Assembly (NCBI GenBank): GCA_964372765.1
Contig: CAYJSE010000004.1
Location: 1-58,897, forward strand
DNA from: an uncultured Planctomycetia bacterium
GTDB lineage: Bacteria; Omnitrophota; Gorgyraeia; 2-02-FULL-51-18; CAYJSE01
DNA length: 58,897 nt
Direction of reading: 5' to 3'
The notes beneath the pieces were generated by a model, which saw only the letters and a list, made by a program, of their open reading frames with translations, ran no database searches and was not told where the DNA came from. The translations under genes were made by a program, and so were the position numbers. Below, piece by piece: positions 9,438 through 19,851 of this stretch. The stretch's first letter is position 1; the number at the start of each line of letters is the position of its first letter.

Positions 9438-10474
9438 AGATTAAAGCGCTGGGCATGATTTCCGGCGGACTCGACTCGACGCTCGCCGCGAAGATCTTGG
9501 TGGACATGGGCGTGGAAGTGGAAGGGATCAACTTTTCCACCGGATTTTGCGTCACCGAGCACACGCGGCAGTTTAAGTCCGACGAGAAAAAGCCGCTTCG
9601 TCCCAATGAAGCGCTGCGGCTGGCCGGCGAGCTCGGTTTTAAACTGCACATCGTCGATATTTCCAAGGACTATCTGCCGGTGGTGACAAACCCGAAATAC
9701 GGCTATGGGCAGAATTTAAACCCCTGCATCGACTGCCGGATTTTCATGATGAAGCGCATGCGGCGTTTCATGGACGAGTATGGCGCGCAATTTATCTTTA
9801 CCGGTGAAGTGTTGGGTCAGCGGCCGATGTCCCAGCATAAACAGGCTTTGAAAACGATCGAGCGCGACGCGGGGTTGGAGGGGCTAGTGCTACGCCCCTT
9901 GTCGGCACAGCTTCTCGATCCTACGATTCCCGAAATCAATGGGTGGGTGGACCGCGAAAAACTTTTAGCTTTATCCGGGCGCTCCCGTAAGCCCCAGATC
10001 GAGATCGCCAAAGAGCTTCACATGGATGATTATCCCCAACCTGCCGGCGGCTGCTGTTATCTCACGGACCCGCAGTACGCCAAAAAACTCCAGGACTTTT
10101 TTGATCACAATGGCAAAGAAAATCTGACGAATGAGGATGTGATCTTGTTAAAAGTGGGGAGGCATTTTCGCGTATCGCCGCGCATCAAAGCGATCGTGGG
10201 CCGCAATGAGCTTGAGAATAATTTTCTCAAGGCCTATCAGAAAAATCGCCACGCGTTTATCGTGCCGGATTACCCCAGCGCCCACATGCTCTCCGAAGTG
10301 CGCGAAGGCGCGCTTTCCGAAGAGGAAATCCGAACGCTCGCGTCGCTGGCTGTGCGCTACTCGGACGCGCCCAAAGGCGAGGCCGTGGCGGTGGAGTACT
10401 GTCACAAGGACTCCGCGCGGAGGCTAGAAGCCGCGGCGCTGGACGAGGGCGTGCTTTCCGGGTGGAGACTCTAG
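9434..10474 (+). CDS. PP-loop ATPase, ThiI/MnmA-like tRNA sulfurtransferase family
   Basis: SGGLDSTLAA PP-loop, NPCIDCRIFMMKRM, FIFTGEVLGQRPMSQ. ATGA start/stop overlap with panB. Confidence 0.65.
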   Translation: MKIKALGMISGGLDSTLAAKILVDMGVEVEGINFSTGFCVTEHTRQFKSDEKKPLRPNEALRLAGELGFKLHIVDISKDYLPVVTNPKYGYGQNLNPCIDCRIFMMKRMRRFMDEYGAQFIFTGEVLGQRPMSQHKQALKTIERDAGLEGLVLRPLSAQLLDPTIPEINGWVDREKLLALSGRSRKPQIEIAKELHMDDYPQPAGGCCYLTDPQYAKKLQDFFDHNGKENLTNEDVILLKVGRHFRVSPRIKAIVGRNELENNFLKAYQKNRHAFIVPDYPSAHMLSEVREGALSEEEIRTLASLAVRYSDAPKGEAVAVEYCHKDSARRLEAAALDEGVLSGWRL

Positions 10475-10941
10475 TGGAGCTCTGGCACCGCTGGTGGCTG
10501 TGGATTCACCTGGGGCTCATCTTTACCGGTTTTTTCTTTTTGGCGGCGGCCGGCGCGGCGGCCTTGATGTATTTATTTCAGTCGGCGCAATTAAAGAGCC
10601 ATCATCCGAACGCGCTGTCGCTTCGGCTTCCCTCACTCGATTCGATCGACCGCCTGCATCTTTTAGCGCTATTTTGGGGGATATTGTTTTTTTCATTAGG
10701 AATACTGACGGGCTTGCTGTGGGCGAACGAGTCGCATGCGCTGGCCAATGTTTTCCGCCTGCCAAAAGTATCGCTGTCTTTGGTCACCTGCCTCGCGTAC
10801 TGGGCGGTGTGGGCCGTGCGCGTGAGCGCTTTGCGGCGCGGGCAGAAGATCGCTTACAGCACACTGCTTCTCGGAGGACTTCTCGTGTTGACGTTTGTGA
10901 GCGCCTATGCGGTGCCGGCCAAGACCGTGGCGGGAGTTTGA
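10462..10941 (+). CDS. Short cytochrome c assembly (CcsA/HemX-like) membrane protein
   Basis: 159 aa with about 5 predicted TM segments and a GTG start. It sits directly upstream of hemA, as HemX does in hemAXCDBL-type operons. The Trp-rich motif is degenerate (LLWANESHA). Confidence 0.5.
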   Translation: METLVELWHRWWLWIHLGLIFTGFFFLAAAGAAALMYLFQSAQLKSHHPNALSLRLPSLDSIDRLHLLALFWGILFFSLGILTGLLWANESHALANVFRLPKVSLSLVTCLAYWAVWAVRVSALRRGQKIAYSTLLLGGLLVLTFVSAYAVPAKTVAGV

Positions 10942-11970
10942 ATGGAAATACTGGTGCTCGGTTTAAATCACAAGACGGCGCCCGTGGAACTGCGGGAGAG
11001 GTTCAGCATCCCGGGAAACCGCGTGCACGAATTTTTAGGTCACTTGAGAGACCGCGAGATTTTCGAAGAGCGGCTTGTTTTGTCCACCTGCAACCGCACG
11101 GAGCTTTACGGTGCTGCGCAGAATCCGGACCGCTCCGTGCGCCAAGCCAAGGAATTTTTAAGCGAATACGCGCGCATGGATTTGGAGCCGGTCGCGGACA
11201 AATTTTATCTCTTTAAACAACCGCATTCGGTGGAGCATCTTTTTTCCGTCGCGTCGGGGCTGGACTCGATGGTGCTCGGCGAAACCGAGATTTTGGGACA
11301 GGTGAAAGATTCCTATTCTTTAGCTCAAGGGTCTCAACACACAGGCAAGGCGCTAAACGCTCTTTTCCAGCGTTCGTTTAAAACGGCTAAGCAGCTGCGC
11401 ACCCACACCGAGATCGGCACGCGCAAAGTGGGTATCGCCTCGATCGCGGTGGATCTAGCGTCCAAGATTTTCAAGTCTTTGCGCGGCACGCGCGTGATGG
11501 TAATCGGAACAGGCGAGATGGCGACGCAAGTCACAAAGGCGATCGTCTCGCGCGGCGCTTTTCCGCTCGTCGTCTCGAGCCGCCACTTTGAGCGCGCCGT
11601 GGCGATGACGCAGATGCTCGGCGGCGAAGCCGTGCATTTTGACCGTTTCCAGGATCGCGTCAAAGAGGTGGATATCCTGATCGCGTCCACGGAGGCGCCG
11701 TGTTTACTGGTGCAGGAGTACCAGGTGAAAACCTGGATGAAGCTGCGCCAGGAGCGGCCTCTATTTTTGATCGATATCGCGGTGCCGCGCAACGTCGACA
11801 CCGCGGTGGAAAAGCTGGACAACGTGTACCTCTACAACATCGACGACCTGCAAAAGATTGCCGACGAAAACCGCGCGTTTCGCGAAACGCAGCTCAAGGA
11901 ATGCTTTCGGTTCGTGAAAAACCAGTCCGGGCTTTACATGAACTGGTTTGCGCGCGAGTTTGGCTCTTGA
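10942..11970 (+). CDS. hemA: Glutamyl-tRNA reductase
   Basis: MEILVLGLNHKTAPVELRE...LSTCNRTELY...GLDSMVLGE.EILGQVK...VIGTGEM. At 342 aa it has a short C-terminus. Confidence 0.92.
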   Translation: MEILVLGLNHKTAPVELRERFSIPGNRVHEFLGHLRDREIFEERLVLSTCNRTELYGAAQNPDRSVRQAKEFLSEYARMDLEPVADKFYLFKQPHSVEHLFSVASGLDSMVLGETEILGQVKDSYSLAQGSQHTGKALNALFQRSFKTAKQLRTHTEIGTRKVGIASIAVDLASKIFKSLRGTRVMVIGTGEMATQVTKAIVSRGAFPLVVSSRHFERAVAMTQMLGGEAVHFDRFQDRVKEVDILIASTEAPCLLVQEYQVKTWMKLRQERPLFLIDIAVPRNVDTAVEKLDNVYLYNIDDLQKIADENRAFRETQLKECFRFVKNQSGLYMNWFAREFGS

Positions 11971-12857
11971 CGGTCCGAATCGGAACCCGCGGGAGCGCGT
12001 TGGCGCTGGCGCAGAGCGGCGGGATTTTAAGAGCTCTTCAGAAATCTCATCGGGGGATTCATTTTAGGCTCGTGGTCGTGAAGACGATGGGTGACAGAAA
12101 CCAACGCTCCGATATTTTTGATCACGGGGTTGTCGGGATTTTTACAAAAGAGCTTGAGAAGGCGCTCTTTGCGCGCGCGATTGATATTGCGGTGCATTCT
12201 TTAAAAGATCTGCCGACGGATTTGCCGCGCGGCTTGCGGCTTGCCGCGTTTCCCAAACGGGAGGATGCGCGGGACGTTTTGATTTCTAGGAAACGGTATT
12301 CTTTAAAGACGCTGCCCAAAGGCGCGGTCGTGGGGACCGGGAGTCCTCGCCGCAAGCGCCAGATGGAGCACGCGCGATCCGATTTACGGCTCGTGGACAT
12401 ACGCGGAAATCTCGATACGCGCGTGGGAAAAGTTTTAAAGGATAAGACGCTGGATGCGGTGGTGGTGGCGCGCGCCGGACTCTTGCGGCTGAAAAAGTTT
12501 TCGCGCTACGCGCGGCCGATTCCGGAAGAGCAGGTTCTGCCGGCGGTGGGGCAAGGAGCGCTGGGGCTCGAGGTGCGCGCCGAGGACCGCCGGACGCGCT
12601 CGCTCGCTCGGAAGCTGAATCATCGTCCGACGGAAATGAAGGTCACAGCCGAGAGAGCGTTTTTGAAAGAACTCGAAGGCGGATGCCGCGTGCCGGTGGG
12701 AATCGTCTCCAAGCTCAAAGCCGGCAAGCTGGCTCTCGAAGCGATCGTGTTTTCCGTATCCGGTGACGCCTGGACCCGCCAGGCGATCACCGGCCCGGCC
12801 TCAAAAGGCGAATATCTTGGAAAAAAGTTAGCTAAGAAATGTCTCAAATGTCTATGA
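11967..12857 (+). CDS. hemC: Hydroxymethylbilane synthase (porphobilinogen deaminase)
   Basis: Start placed at TTG 11967, overlapping the hemA stop (TTGA). Motifs: VRIGTRGSALALAQ, AVHSLKDLPT, GTGSPRR, RGNLDTR, PAVGQGALG.E, LEGGCRVP. Confidence 0.92.
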   Translation: MTVRIGTRGSALALAQSGGILRALQKSHRGIHFRLVVVKTMGDRNQRSDIFDHGVVGIFTKELEKALFARAIDIAVHSLKDLPTDLPRGLRLAAFPKREDARDVLISRKRYSLKTLPKGAVVGTGSPRRKRQMEHARSDLRLVDIRGNLDTRVGKVLKDKTLDAVVVARAGLLRLKKFSRYARPIPEEQVLPAVGQGALGLEVRAEDRRTRSLARKLNHRPTEMKVTAERAFLKELEGGCRVPVGIVSKLKAGKLALEAIVFSVSGDAWTRQAITGPASKGEYLGKKLAKKCLKCL

Positions 12858-14377
12858 GCGGTAAAGTTTATCTTGTGGGAGCGGGGCCGGGGGATCCGGG
12901 ACTGTTGACGGTCAAGGCGAGGGCGCTGATCGAGGGGGCGGACCTGATTGTTTACGATTACCTCGCGAATCCGGATCACTTGGTTTATGCCCAACCCGGC
13001 GCCCAAAAGATCTGCGTGGGCAAGCGCTTTCGCTATCACCCTTTGTCTCAAGGTAAAATCAATCGTCTGATTGTCCAAGCGGCGCGCCAGGGCCAAATCG
13101 TCGTGCGCTTAAAAGGCGGCGATCCGTATCTTTTTGGCCGCGGCGGCGAGGAAGCGCTTTATTTGCAAAAGCATCGCGTGCCCTTTCAGGTGATCCCGGG
13201 GGTCACCAGCGCCACGGCTTGCGCGGCCTATGCCGGCATTCCACTGACCCATCGGGATTACAGCTCGTCGATTACTTTTTTGACGGGCCACAAGGCCGAT
13301 GACAAAAGTCTGGATGGTTTGGGTTGGGAAAAAATCGCCCAGCTAAAAGGCACCCTCGTTCTTTACATGGGTTTTTACCATTTAAAAATAATCGCCGAGC
13401 GTCTCATGAAGGCCGGTATGCCGCGCCGCACGCGGGTAGCCGTCATTGAATGGGGCACGCTGCCGCGCCAGCGCTCTTGCGACGGGACGCTTTCCGATAT
13501 CGCGAGCGTCGTGAAGAAAAGAGGTCTTCGCGCCCCCTGCATTATCGTTATCGGCCGCGTCGTGGAGCTTCGCCGGAAGCTCAACTGGTTCGAGAAGCTA
13601 CCGCTTTTTGGCAAAAGAATTGTGATCACGCGCATGCGCGAGAAATCGAGAGAGTTCGCGCGTAAGCTCGAGGCGTTGGGCGCCGAAGTGCTGGAGTTTC
13701 CGACGATCGAGATTCGGCCCTTACGGTCTTTTAAAGCCATCGACGCCGTGGTTCGGCGGATTGACGATTTTGACTGGGTGGTGTTCACAAGCACCTACGG
13801 CGTCGAGACTTTCTTTGAGACGCTGAGAATGCAGGGTTTTGACGCGCGGCGTTTAAACGGGGTGCGCTTTGCCACCGTGGGTCCGGAAACGGACAAGGTG
13901 TTGGGCGCTTACGGTGTGCGCTCGGACTTGCGGCCCCGGCGCTACGAAACGCGGGCGATCGTGGACGCGTTTCGTGAGAAGCTGTCCGATCTTAGCGGCA
14001 AAAAAATACTGCTGGTACGCACTGACATTGCGCCTCCGGCTTTGGAAGAGGGCTTGAAGAAACTTGGGGTTGATGTCGCCCGTGTGGTGGCCTATCATAC
14101 GAGGATCCCGCGCGAGGTGCCGAACGGCATCCGCCGCATGATTTTGGGAGCCCGCGTGGATGCGGTCGCGTTTACGAGCTCCTCGACCGCCGAACATTTT
14201 GTTAAAATAATAGGTCGAAAGAGAACGAAAGCGCTTTCCAAAAAAATCGCGTTTGCGAGCATTGGTCCCGTGACTTCCGCGACGCTTCGGCGTTTGGGTG
14301 TGGTACCGGCTTGCGAAGCGCGTATTTTTACGACGGATGGACTGACGGAGGCTTTATGCGGCGCTTGCGGCGCTTAA
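12854..14377 (+). CDS. cobA-hemD: Fused uroporphyrinogen-III C-methyltransferase / uroporphyrinogen-III synthase
   Basis: The N-terminal half is SUMT-like: [40 protein letters not shown]. The C-terminal ~250 aa is HemD-like: [11 protein letters not shown]...VVFTS..GV...FASIGP.T. ATG 12854 gives an ATGA overlap with hemC. In-frame ATGs at 12839 and 12848 are alternatives. Confidence 0.9.
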   Translation: MSGKVYLVGAGPGDPGLLTVKARALIEGADLIVYDYLANPDHLVYAQPGAQKICVGKRFRYHPLSQGKINRLIVQAARQGQIVVRLKGGDPYLFGRGGEEALYLQKHRVPFQVIPGVTSATACAAYAGIPLTHRDYSSSITFLTGHKADDKSLDGLGWEKIAQLKGTLVLYMGFYHLKIIAERLMKAGMPRRTRVAVIEWGTLPRQRSCDGTLSDIASVVKKRGLRAPCIIVIGRVVELRRKLNWFEKLPLFGKRIVITRMREKSREFARKLEALGAEVLEFPTIEIRPLRSFKAIDAVVRRIDDFDWVVFTSTYGVETFFETLRMQGFDARRLNGVRFATVGPETDKVLGAYGVRSDLRPRRYETRAIVDAFREKLSDLSGKKILLVRTDIAPPALEEGLKKLGVDVARVVAYHTRIPREVPNGIRRMILGARVDAVAFTSSSTAEHFVKIIGRKRTKALSKKIAFASIGPVTSATLRRLGVVPACEARIFTTDGLTEALCGACGA

Positions 14378-15345
14378 GAGAAAACTCGAAAATACGGTCC
14401 ATGCTCTCCGAGCACCGGTTGCTCGCGCGCGAGCTTGTTCAGCCTTTATTTATAAAGGAAGGCATCGCCGGCCCTCAAGAAATCGCTTCCATGCCGGGCC
14501 AGGTTCAATGGACACTGCGCACAGCGGTCGAGGAGGCCAAAAAAATCGAGGCGCTCGGTATCCCAGGCGTGATTTTATTTGGAATTCCTAAAACGAAAGA
14601 CGCCGTGGCCAGCCAAGCGTTTCTAAAAAGCGGCGTTATTCAGAAAGCAATTACGGCGATCAAAAAGGCCTGTCCGAAACTTCTGGTCATCAGCGACGTG
14701 TGCCTGTGTGAATACACAAGCCACGGCCATTGCGGAATTATAAAGGTCGAAGGTCGCAGGTCGAAGGGTGAAGGGCGGGTGAAGATCGACAATGACGCGA
14801 CTCTGAAAATTTTGGCGAAGGCGGCGCTGTCGCACGCGCGCGCGGGGGCGGATGTCGTGGCGCCGTCCGACATGATGGATGGCCGTGTGCGGGCGATACG
14901 CGAAACGTTAGACAAAAATGATTTCAAAGAGCTGCCCATTTTGTCGTATGCCGTGAAGTACGCGTCGGCGTTTTACGGGCCTTTCCGCGAGGCGGCCGAG
15001 AGCGCGCCTAAGTTTGGCGACCGTGCCGGCTACCAGATGAATCCCGCTAATTTCCGGGAAGCGATCCGCGAGGCCGAGACGGATGTGGCGGAAGGAGCCG
15101 ATATGTTGCTCGTGAAACCCGCGCTGGGTTACGGAGATATTCTTTACGCGTTGAAGAAGAAGTTTTCCTGTCCGGTGGGCGCCTACAGCGTCAGCGGAGA
15201 GTACTCGATGGTCCAAGCGGCGGCTGCCCGAGGCTGGCTGGATGAAAAGAAGACGGCGCTTGAGATTCTCTTGGGGCTCAAGCGCGCGGGCGCTGACTTT
15301 ATCATCACGTACTGGGCCAAGGACGCCGCGCGGTGGCTCGCGTGA
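14356..15345 (+). CDS. hemB: Porphobilinogen synthase (ALA dehydratase), Zn-type
   Basis: [11 protein letters not shown]......L..LVQPLF; [14 protein letters not shown] cysteine cluster; APSDMMDGR; [14 protein letters not shown]; VKPA..Y.D. Start placed at ATG 14356. Confidence 0.93.
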   Translation: MRRLRRLRENSKIRSMLSEHRLLARELVQPLFIKEGIAGPQEIASMPGQVQWTLRTAVEEAKKIEALGIPGVILFGIPKTKDAVASQAFLKSGVIQKAITAIKKACPKLLVISDVCLCEYTSHGHCGIIKVEGRRSKGEGRVKIDNDATLKILAKAALSHARAGADVVAPSDMMDGRVRAIRETLDKNDFKELPILSYAVKYASAFYGPFREAAESAPKFGDRAGYQMNPANFREAIREAETDVAEGADMLLVKPALGYGDILYALKKKFSCPVGAYSVSGEYSMVQAAAARGWLDEKKTALEILLGLKRAGADFIITYWAKDAARWLA

Positions 15346-16583
15346 ACCCTGTCTGGAAGATGTCACAAAAATATCTCGTGGGGGGCGTCAATAGCCCGGT
15401 GCGTTCTTTCCGCTCGGTGGGGGGTGAGCCTGTTTTCATGGAGCGCGGGCGCGGCGCCTATTTGGTGGACCGATCCGGGCACGCGTACGTGGATTTTTGC
15501 CTGTCCTGGGGAGCGATTTTGCTGGGGCACGCGGACCCGGGTGTCTTTTTAGCCGTCCAAAGCGCGGCCGAAAAAGGCATGAGCTTCGGGACGGTCACGG
15601 AGCGTGAGGCGAGATTAGCGAAAAAAATCCAAGAGTTTTTGCCCAGTCTCAAAAAGATTCGGTTTATGAGTTCCGGCACCGAAGCCGTGATGACCGCGCT
15701 GCGCTTAGCGCGGGGATTTACGCGTAGAAAAAGAATCGTGAAGTTTGAGGGCTGTTATCACGGTCATTCGGACAGTTTGCTCGTGAAAGGCGGAAGCGGC
15801 CTCGCAACACTGGGCTTGGCAGACTCGCTCGGCGTCCCGCCGGAACTCGCGGCATTGACGACGGTGCTGCCTTACAACGACGCGCCGGCTGTCCGGGCTG
15901 TATTTAAAAAACACAAGGACATCGCGTGCGTCATCGTGGAGCCGATCGCCGGGAATATGGGCGTGGTGCCGGCGACGAGAGAATTTTTAGACGCTTTGAG
16001 AATCGAGACGCGAAAAAGCGGGGCGCTGCTCGTTTTTGACGAAGTGATTTCTGGGTTTCGCGTGGGTTTACGCGGCGCGCAAGGTTTTTACGATATCACA
16101 CCGGATTTGACGACGCTGGGAAAGATCATCGGCGGCGGTTTGCCGATCGGCGCTGTGGGCGGCCGCTCGGAGATCATGGATCACCTAGCGCCTCTCGGGG
16201 GTGTGTACCAGGCGGGGACTCTGTCCGGAAACCCGCTGTCAATGGCCGCGGGGTTGGCGGTGCTGGGCCGAGTGTCGGGGGATTTTTATAAAAAGCTGAA
16301 CCGGAAAACGGATGATTTTCTAAAAGAAGCCGCCGCGGTTTTTAAACGCCGTGGGATCCCCGTACGTTTTCAAAGCGCGGGAAGCATGTTTGCGCCGTTT
16401 TTTACGGGCCGGCCCGTGAGCGATTTTCGCTCGATCCCGACAAGCCACGTGCGTACGTATAGAAAAATTTTTCATAAAATGCTAAGCTCATGCGTTTACT
16501 GGCCGCCGTCGGCGTACGAGGCGTTTTTTATCTCGTCGGCGCATGGCGAGCGCGAGTTTGATAAATTTTTGAGGGCCGTATGA
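15333..16583 (+). CDS. hemL: Glutamate-1-semialdehyde 2,1-aminomutase
   Basis: [52 protein letters not shown]. The start is either GTG 15333 or ATG 15360. Confidence 0.93.
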   Translation: MARVNPVWKMSQKYLVGGVNSPVRSFRSVGGEPVFMERGRGAYLVDRSGHAYVDFCLSWGAILLGHADPGVFLAVQSAAEKGMSFGTVTEREARLAKKIQEFLPSLKKIRFMSSGTEAVMTALRLARGFTRRKRIVKFEGCYHGHSDSLLVKGGSGLATLGLADSLGVPPELAALTTVLPYNDAPAVRAVFKKHKDIACVIVEPIAGNMGVVPATREFLDALRIETRKSGALLVFDEVISGFRVGLRGAQGFYDITPDLTTLGKIIGGGLPIGAVGGRSEIMDHLAPLGGVYQAGTLSGNPLSMAAGLAVLGRVSGDFYKKLNRKTDDFLKEAAAVFKRRGIPVRFQSAGSMFAPFFTGRPVSDFRSIPTSHVRTYRKIFHKMLSSCVYWPPSAYEAFFISSAHGEREFDKFLRAV

Positions 16584-17608
16584 ACCGTTTCGCTTTTTTG
16601 TTGCTGGGGGTTCTGCTCATGGGAGCCGACACCGCCGGTCCAAAGCCTTTCGAGCTGTCCCAACATCTTATGGGGACAGAATTTGAGATCAAGATTTTTG
16701 ACGGCCAATTCTCGCAAGGGCAGCTACTGCGTATCTCGCAGGGCGCCTTTGAAGTGGTCCAAAAACTGGAAGAAGGGCTATCCAGTTTTAAAGATACGAG
16801 TCTGATCGCTGAAGCCAACCGACTGCCGGTGGGTGAGGAGATCACGCTCGATGCCGACGCGTTTTACGTGCTTCAGAAAGCGCAGGAAATTTCCGCGGAG
16901 TCGGACGGGGCGTTTGATGTGACCGTGTGGCCGCTCAAAAAATTGTGGATGGCGGCCAAGGAAAAGTCCGAGCCGCCGACCGCCGACGCGATTCACGAGG
17001 CTCTGACGCGCGTCGGTTACCGGGGTCTCGAGCTGGACGCCGGCAGAAAAACACTCACGATCCGAAGTTTGGGGGTGCAGGTGGATCTCGGGGGCGTCGC
17101 TAAGGGCTACGCGATCGATCAAGCCGCGCGGTATTTGGCAGATCAGGGTGTGCGTTCGGCCATGATCAGCGGTGGCGGCAATATGCGTTTTATTGGGTCG
17201 CCCGCGGAACCACGAGGGTGGAGGGTAGGTGTGGATCACCCGCGTTTGGTGGATCATCGGGCGCTCGTGGTGGAGCTGCCCGAGGCGCGTGCCGTATCGA
17301 CCTCCGGAGACTATGAGGATTTTTTTATTTATAGAGGCAGGCGCTATTCGCATATTTTTGATCCGCGCACGGGCCAGCCGGCCGATACGCGCGTCGCGAG
17401 CGTTACCGTGATCGCCAAAGACGGGACATTGGCGGATGCTTTGAGCACCGCGTTTTTTGTCCTGGGTCCCGAAAGGGGTTTCGCGCTGGTCGAGCGCTAC
17501 GGGCAAGAAGACGCGGCCGCGATCTGCATCGAGGAGACGCCCGAAGGCGAGCTTATTTTAAGCAGTTCGGAAAATATTCAAAGGTTGCTCAGGGACATTC
17601 AGCTATGA
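16580..17608 (+). CDS. apbE: FAD:protein FMN transferase (ApbE family)
   Basis: LMGTEFEIK, AFDVTV.PL, LGGVAKGYAIDQAA, TSGDYE, HIFDPRTG.P and a hydrophobic N-terminus. ATGA overlap with hemL. Confidence 0.88.
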   Translation: MNRFAFLLLGVLLMGADTAGPKPFELSQHLMGTEFEIKIFDGQFSQGQLLRISQGAFEVVQKLEEGLSSFKDTSLIAEANRLPVGEEITLDADAFYVLQKAQEISAESDGAFDVTVWPLKKLWMAAKEKSEPPTADAIHEALTRVGYRGLELDAGRKTLTIRSLGVQVDLGGVAKGYAIDQAARYLADQGVRSAMISGGGNMRFIGSPAEPRGWRVGVDHPRLVDHRALVVELPEARAVSTSGDYEDFFIYRGRRYSHIFDPRTGQPADTRVASVTVIAKDGTLADALSTAFFVLGPERGFALVERYGQEDAAAICIEETPEGELILSSSENIQRLLRDIQL

Positions 17609-18588
17609 CAAAACTTCATCTGGCGCTAGACTCGATCTACGCGCCCGTGCAGACAGGGCTCGACGGGTTTTCGAGGAGACTCAAAGAGGAGCTTTACCAC
17701 CCGGATACGTTGATGCGCGATGTGAACGCGCATCTTTTAAAGATGACGGGGAAGTTTTTACGTCCGGCGCTTGTTTTTTTGACATCGCGTTTGGGGCGCC
17801 CGAGCGAAGCCCAAGCGATGGATCTGGCGCTCGCGGTGGAGCTGATCCACACGGCGACTCTGGTGCACGACGATATCATTGACGGCTCGGACTTTCGACG
17901 CAACCAGCCGTCCGTTTTTTCCAAGTGGGGACGCGAGATTTCGATCATCTCCGGCGATTATCTCTATGCGCGCGCGTTTATGCTGATCGCCCGACTCGAG
18001 GACGTGTGGTTCAACAAGGCCTTTTCGGCTTGCGCACGCGTCTTATGCGAAGGCGAGATGCGCCAGGTGGAGAAGCGCAGTGAGTTTCTGATGAGCGAAG
18101 AAGAGTATCTCGATATTATTGAGCGCAAAACCGCGGCGCTTTTTCGTACGGCCTGCGCGGGCGGGGCCTATTTGGGGCGATGTCCGGAAGCCGCGGTCGG
18201 CGCGCTGGACCAGTATGGCCGGAGTCTCGGAATGGCGTTTCAGATCGTGGACGATTGCCTGGATCTTGTGGGAGACTCCGAGACGCTCGGTAAAAAAGCG
18301 GGGCTGGACCTCGATAAAAACGATATCACACTGCCTATTTTGTATTTATTTCAAGGCCTCGCTCCCGGCCGGCGTCAGGCGCTTGAAAAGACGCTCAAAG
18401 AAAACGGCGGCAATGTTTTTTCAGAAATCAAATCCTTAGCCGTGGAGCACCAGTCGGTGGAGCGCGCGATGCAGCGCGCCCACGCATTTACTCACGACGC
18501 CATGGACAGTTTGAAACAAATCACCGCTTCACGGTACAAAGACAGCCTAGCCGACCTCGCGCATTATAACCTGGAACGGGTGCGCTAG
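17605..18588 (+). CDS. Polyprenyl diphosphate synthase (trans-IPPS, long-chain, IspB/HepT-like)
   Basis: Two Asp-rich motifs: LIHTATLVHDDIIDGSDFRR and FQIVDDCLD. Also GKFLRP. Confidence 0.88.
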   Translation: MTKLHLALDSIYAPVQTGLDGFSRRLKEELYHPDTLMRDVNAHLLKMTGKFLRPALVFLTSRLGRPSEAQAMDLALAVELIHTATLVHDDIIDGSDFRRNQPSVFSKWGREISIISGDYLYARAFMLIARLEDVWFNKAFSACARVLCEGEMRQVEKRSEFLMSEEEYLDIIERKTAALFRTACAGGAYLGRCPEAAVGALDQYGRSLGMAFQIVDDCLDLVGDSETLGKKAGLDLDKNDITLPILYLFQGLAPGRRQALEKTLKENGGNVFSEIKSLAVEHQSVERAMQRAHAFTHDAMDSLKQITASRYKDSLADLAHYNLERVR

Positions 18589-18609
18589 TTTGGATACAAT
18601 AGGGACACT

Positions 18610-18768
18610 ATGTTTGGAATCGGAATGCCGGAACTGATTGTCATTTTGTTGGTCCTGCTCCTTCTTTTCGGGGCCAACCGCCTGCCTGAGATCGGAAAAA
18701 GCCTCGGCGAAGCCATTCGCGAATTCAAGAAGTCGATGAAGGATGGCGACGGCGAGAAAAAGCCGTAA
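18610..18768 (+). CDS. tatA: Twin-arginine translocase subunit TatA/E
   Basis: 52-aa ORF missing from the track (below 60 aa): [43 protein letters not shown]... This is the canonical TatA TM helix, FG hinge and amphipathic helix. Confidence 0.9.
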   Translation: MFGIGMPELIVILLVLLLLFGANRLPEIGKSLGEAIREFKKSMKDGDGEKKP

Positions 18769-18778
18769 CGGTTTTCCT

Positions 18779-19846
18779 ATGCCCAATACACGCGTGGTCG
18801 TAGCCATGTCCGGCGGTGTCGATAGTTCCGTAGCGGCTTTTATTTTAAAAGAGCGCGGACTGGACGTGATCGGCGTGACCATCAAAACCTGGAGCTCGAA
18901 CGAGTGCCGCGATGAGCGCTCGAAGGGCTGCTGCTCGATCCGCGACATTGACGACGCGCGCGCCGTGGCGCGTCAGATCGGGATTCCCTACTACGTGATG
19001 GACCTGTCCACGGATTTTAAGGAAAAGGTCATCGATTACTTTGTCGATGAATATTTGGGAGGCCGCACACCCAACCCCTGCATAGAGTGCAACCGCCACA
19101 TCAAGTTTGGCCTGCTTCTAAAAAAAGCCGATGAGTTGGAGGCGGGTTTCGTGGCCACGGGCCACTACGCGCGGATCGGGTTTGATGAGCGTGAGCGGCG
19201 CTACTTTATCCGTGAAGGCGTCGACGCCTCGAAAGATCAGTCCTATGTTTTATTTGGGCAGACGCAAGGCCAGCTGGCGCGCGCGCTGTTGCCGGTGGGA
19301 GACCTGGAAAAGCCGGCGGTGCGCGCGATGGCCGAACGTCTAGGTTTGCGCGTATTCGACAAGCCGGACAGCCAAGAGATCTGTTTTGTGAAGAAAAGCT
19401 ATGGCGATTTTTTAAAACAATACGCGCCGGAGAAAATTCCGGGTCAAGGCGCCTTTGTGACGCCGGACGGGGAGGTGGTGGGCCAGCATAACGGGCATCA
19501 CTTGTATACCGTGGGGCAAAGAAAAAGGGTACGCATCACAAACCCCGACCCTTATTTTGTCACGGGCGTTAACGCCGGGACCAATCAAGTCACGCTGGGC
19601 TCGGAACAGGATCTGTACAAAGAGGAGATGTTTGTCTCTCGGGTCAACTGGTTTTTAAACCCACGCACGGGTCCCGTCGACGTCAAGATTCGTTACAAGC
19701 ATGTGAAGACCCCAGGCGAAATTATCGAAATAAACGGGTCGGACGCGCGTTTAAAATTTAAGTTTCCCCAGAAGGCCATTACTCCGGGACAGGCCGCGGT
19801 ATTTTACGACGGAGATAGGGTTTTGGGAGGTGGGTGGATAGAGTAG
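18779..19846 (+). CDS. mnmA: tRNA 2-thiouridine(34) synthase
   Basis: Start placed at ATG 18779 (MPNTRVVVAMSGGVDSSVAA). Motifs: NPCIECNR.IKF, ATGHYAR, KDQSY.L, PGQAAVFY. Confidence 0.93.
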   Translation: MPNTRVVVAMSGGVDSSVAAFILKERGLDVIGVTIKTWSSNECRDERSKGCCSIRDIDDARAVARQIGIPYYVMDLSTDFKEKVIDYFVDEYLGGRTPNPCIECNRHIKFGLLLKKADELEAGFVATGHYARIGFDERERRYFIREGVDASKDQSYVLFGQTQGQLARALLPVGDLEKPAVRAMAERLGLRVFDKPDSQEICFVKKSYGDFLKQYAPEKIPGQGAFVTPDGEVVGQHNGHHLYTVGQRKRVRITNPDPYFVTGVNAGTNQVTLGSEQDLYKEEMFVSRVNWFLNPRTGPVDVKIRYKHVKTPGEIIEINGSDARLKFKFPQKAITPGQAAVFYDGDRVLGGGWIE

Positions 19847-19851
19847 ATTTG

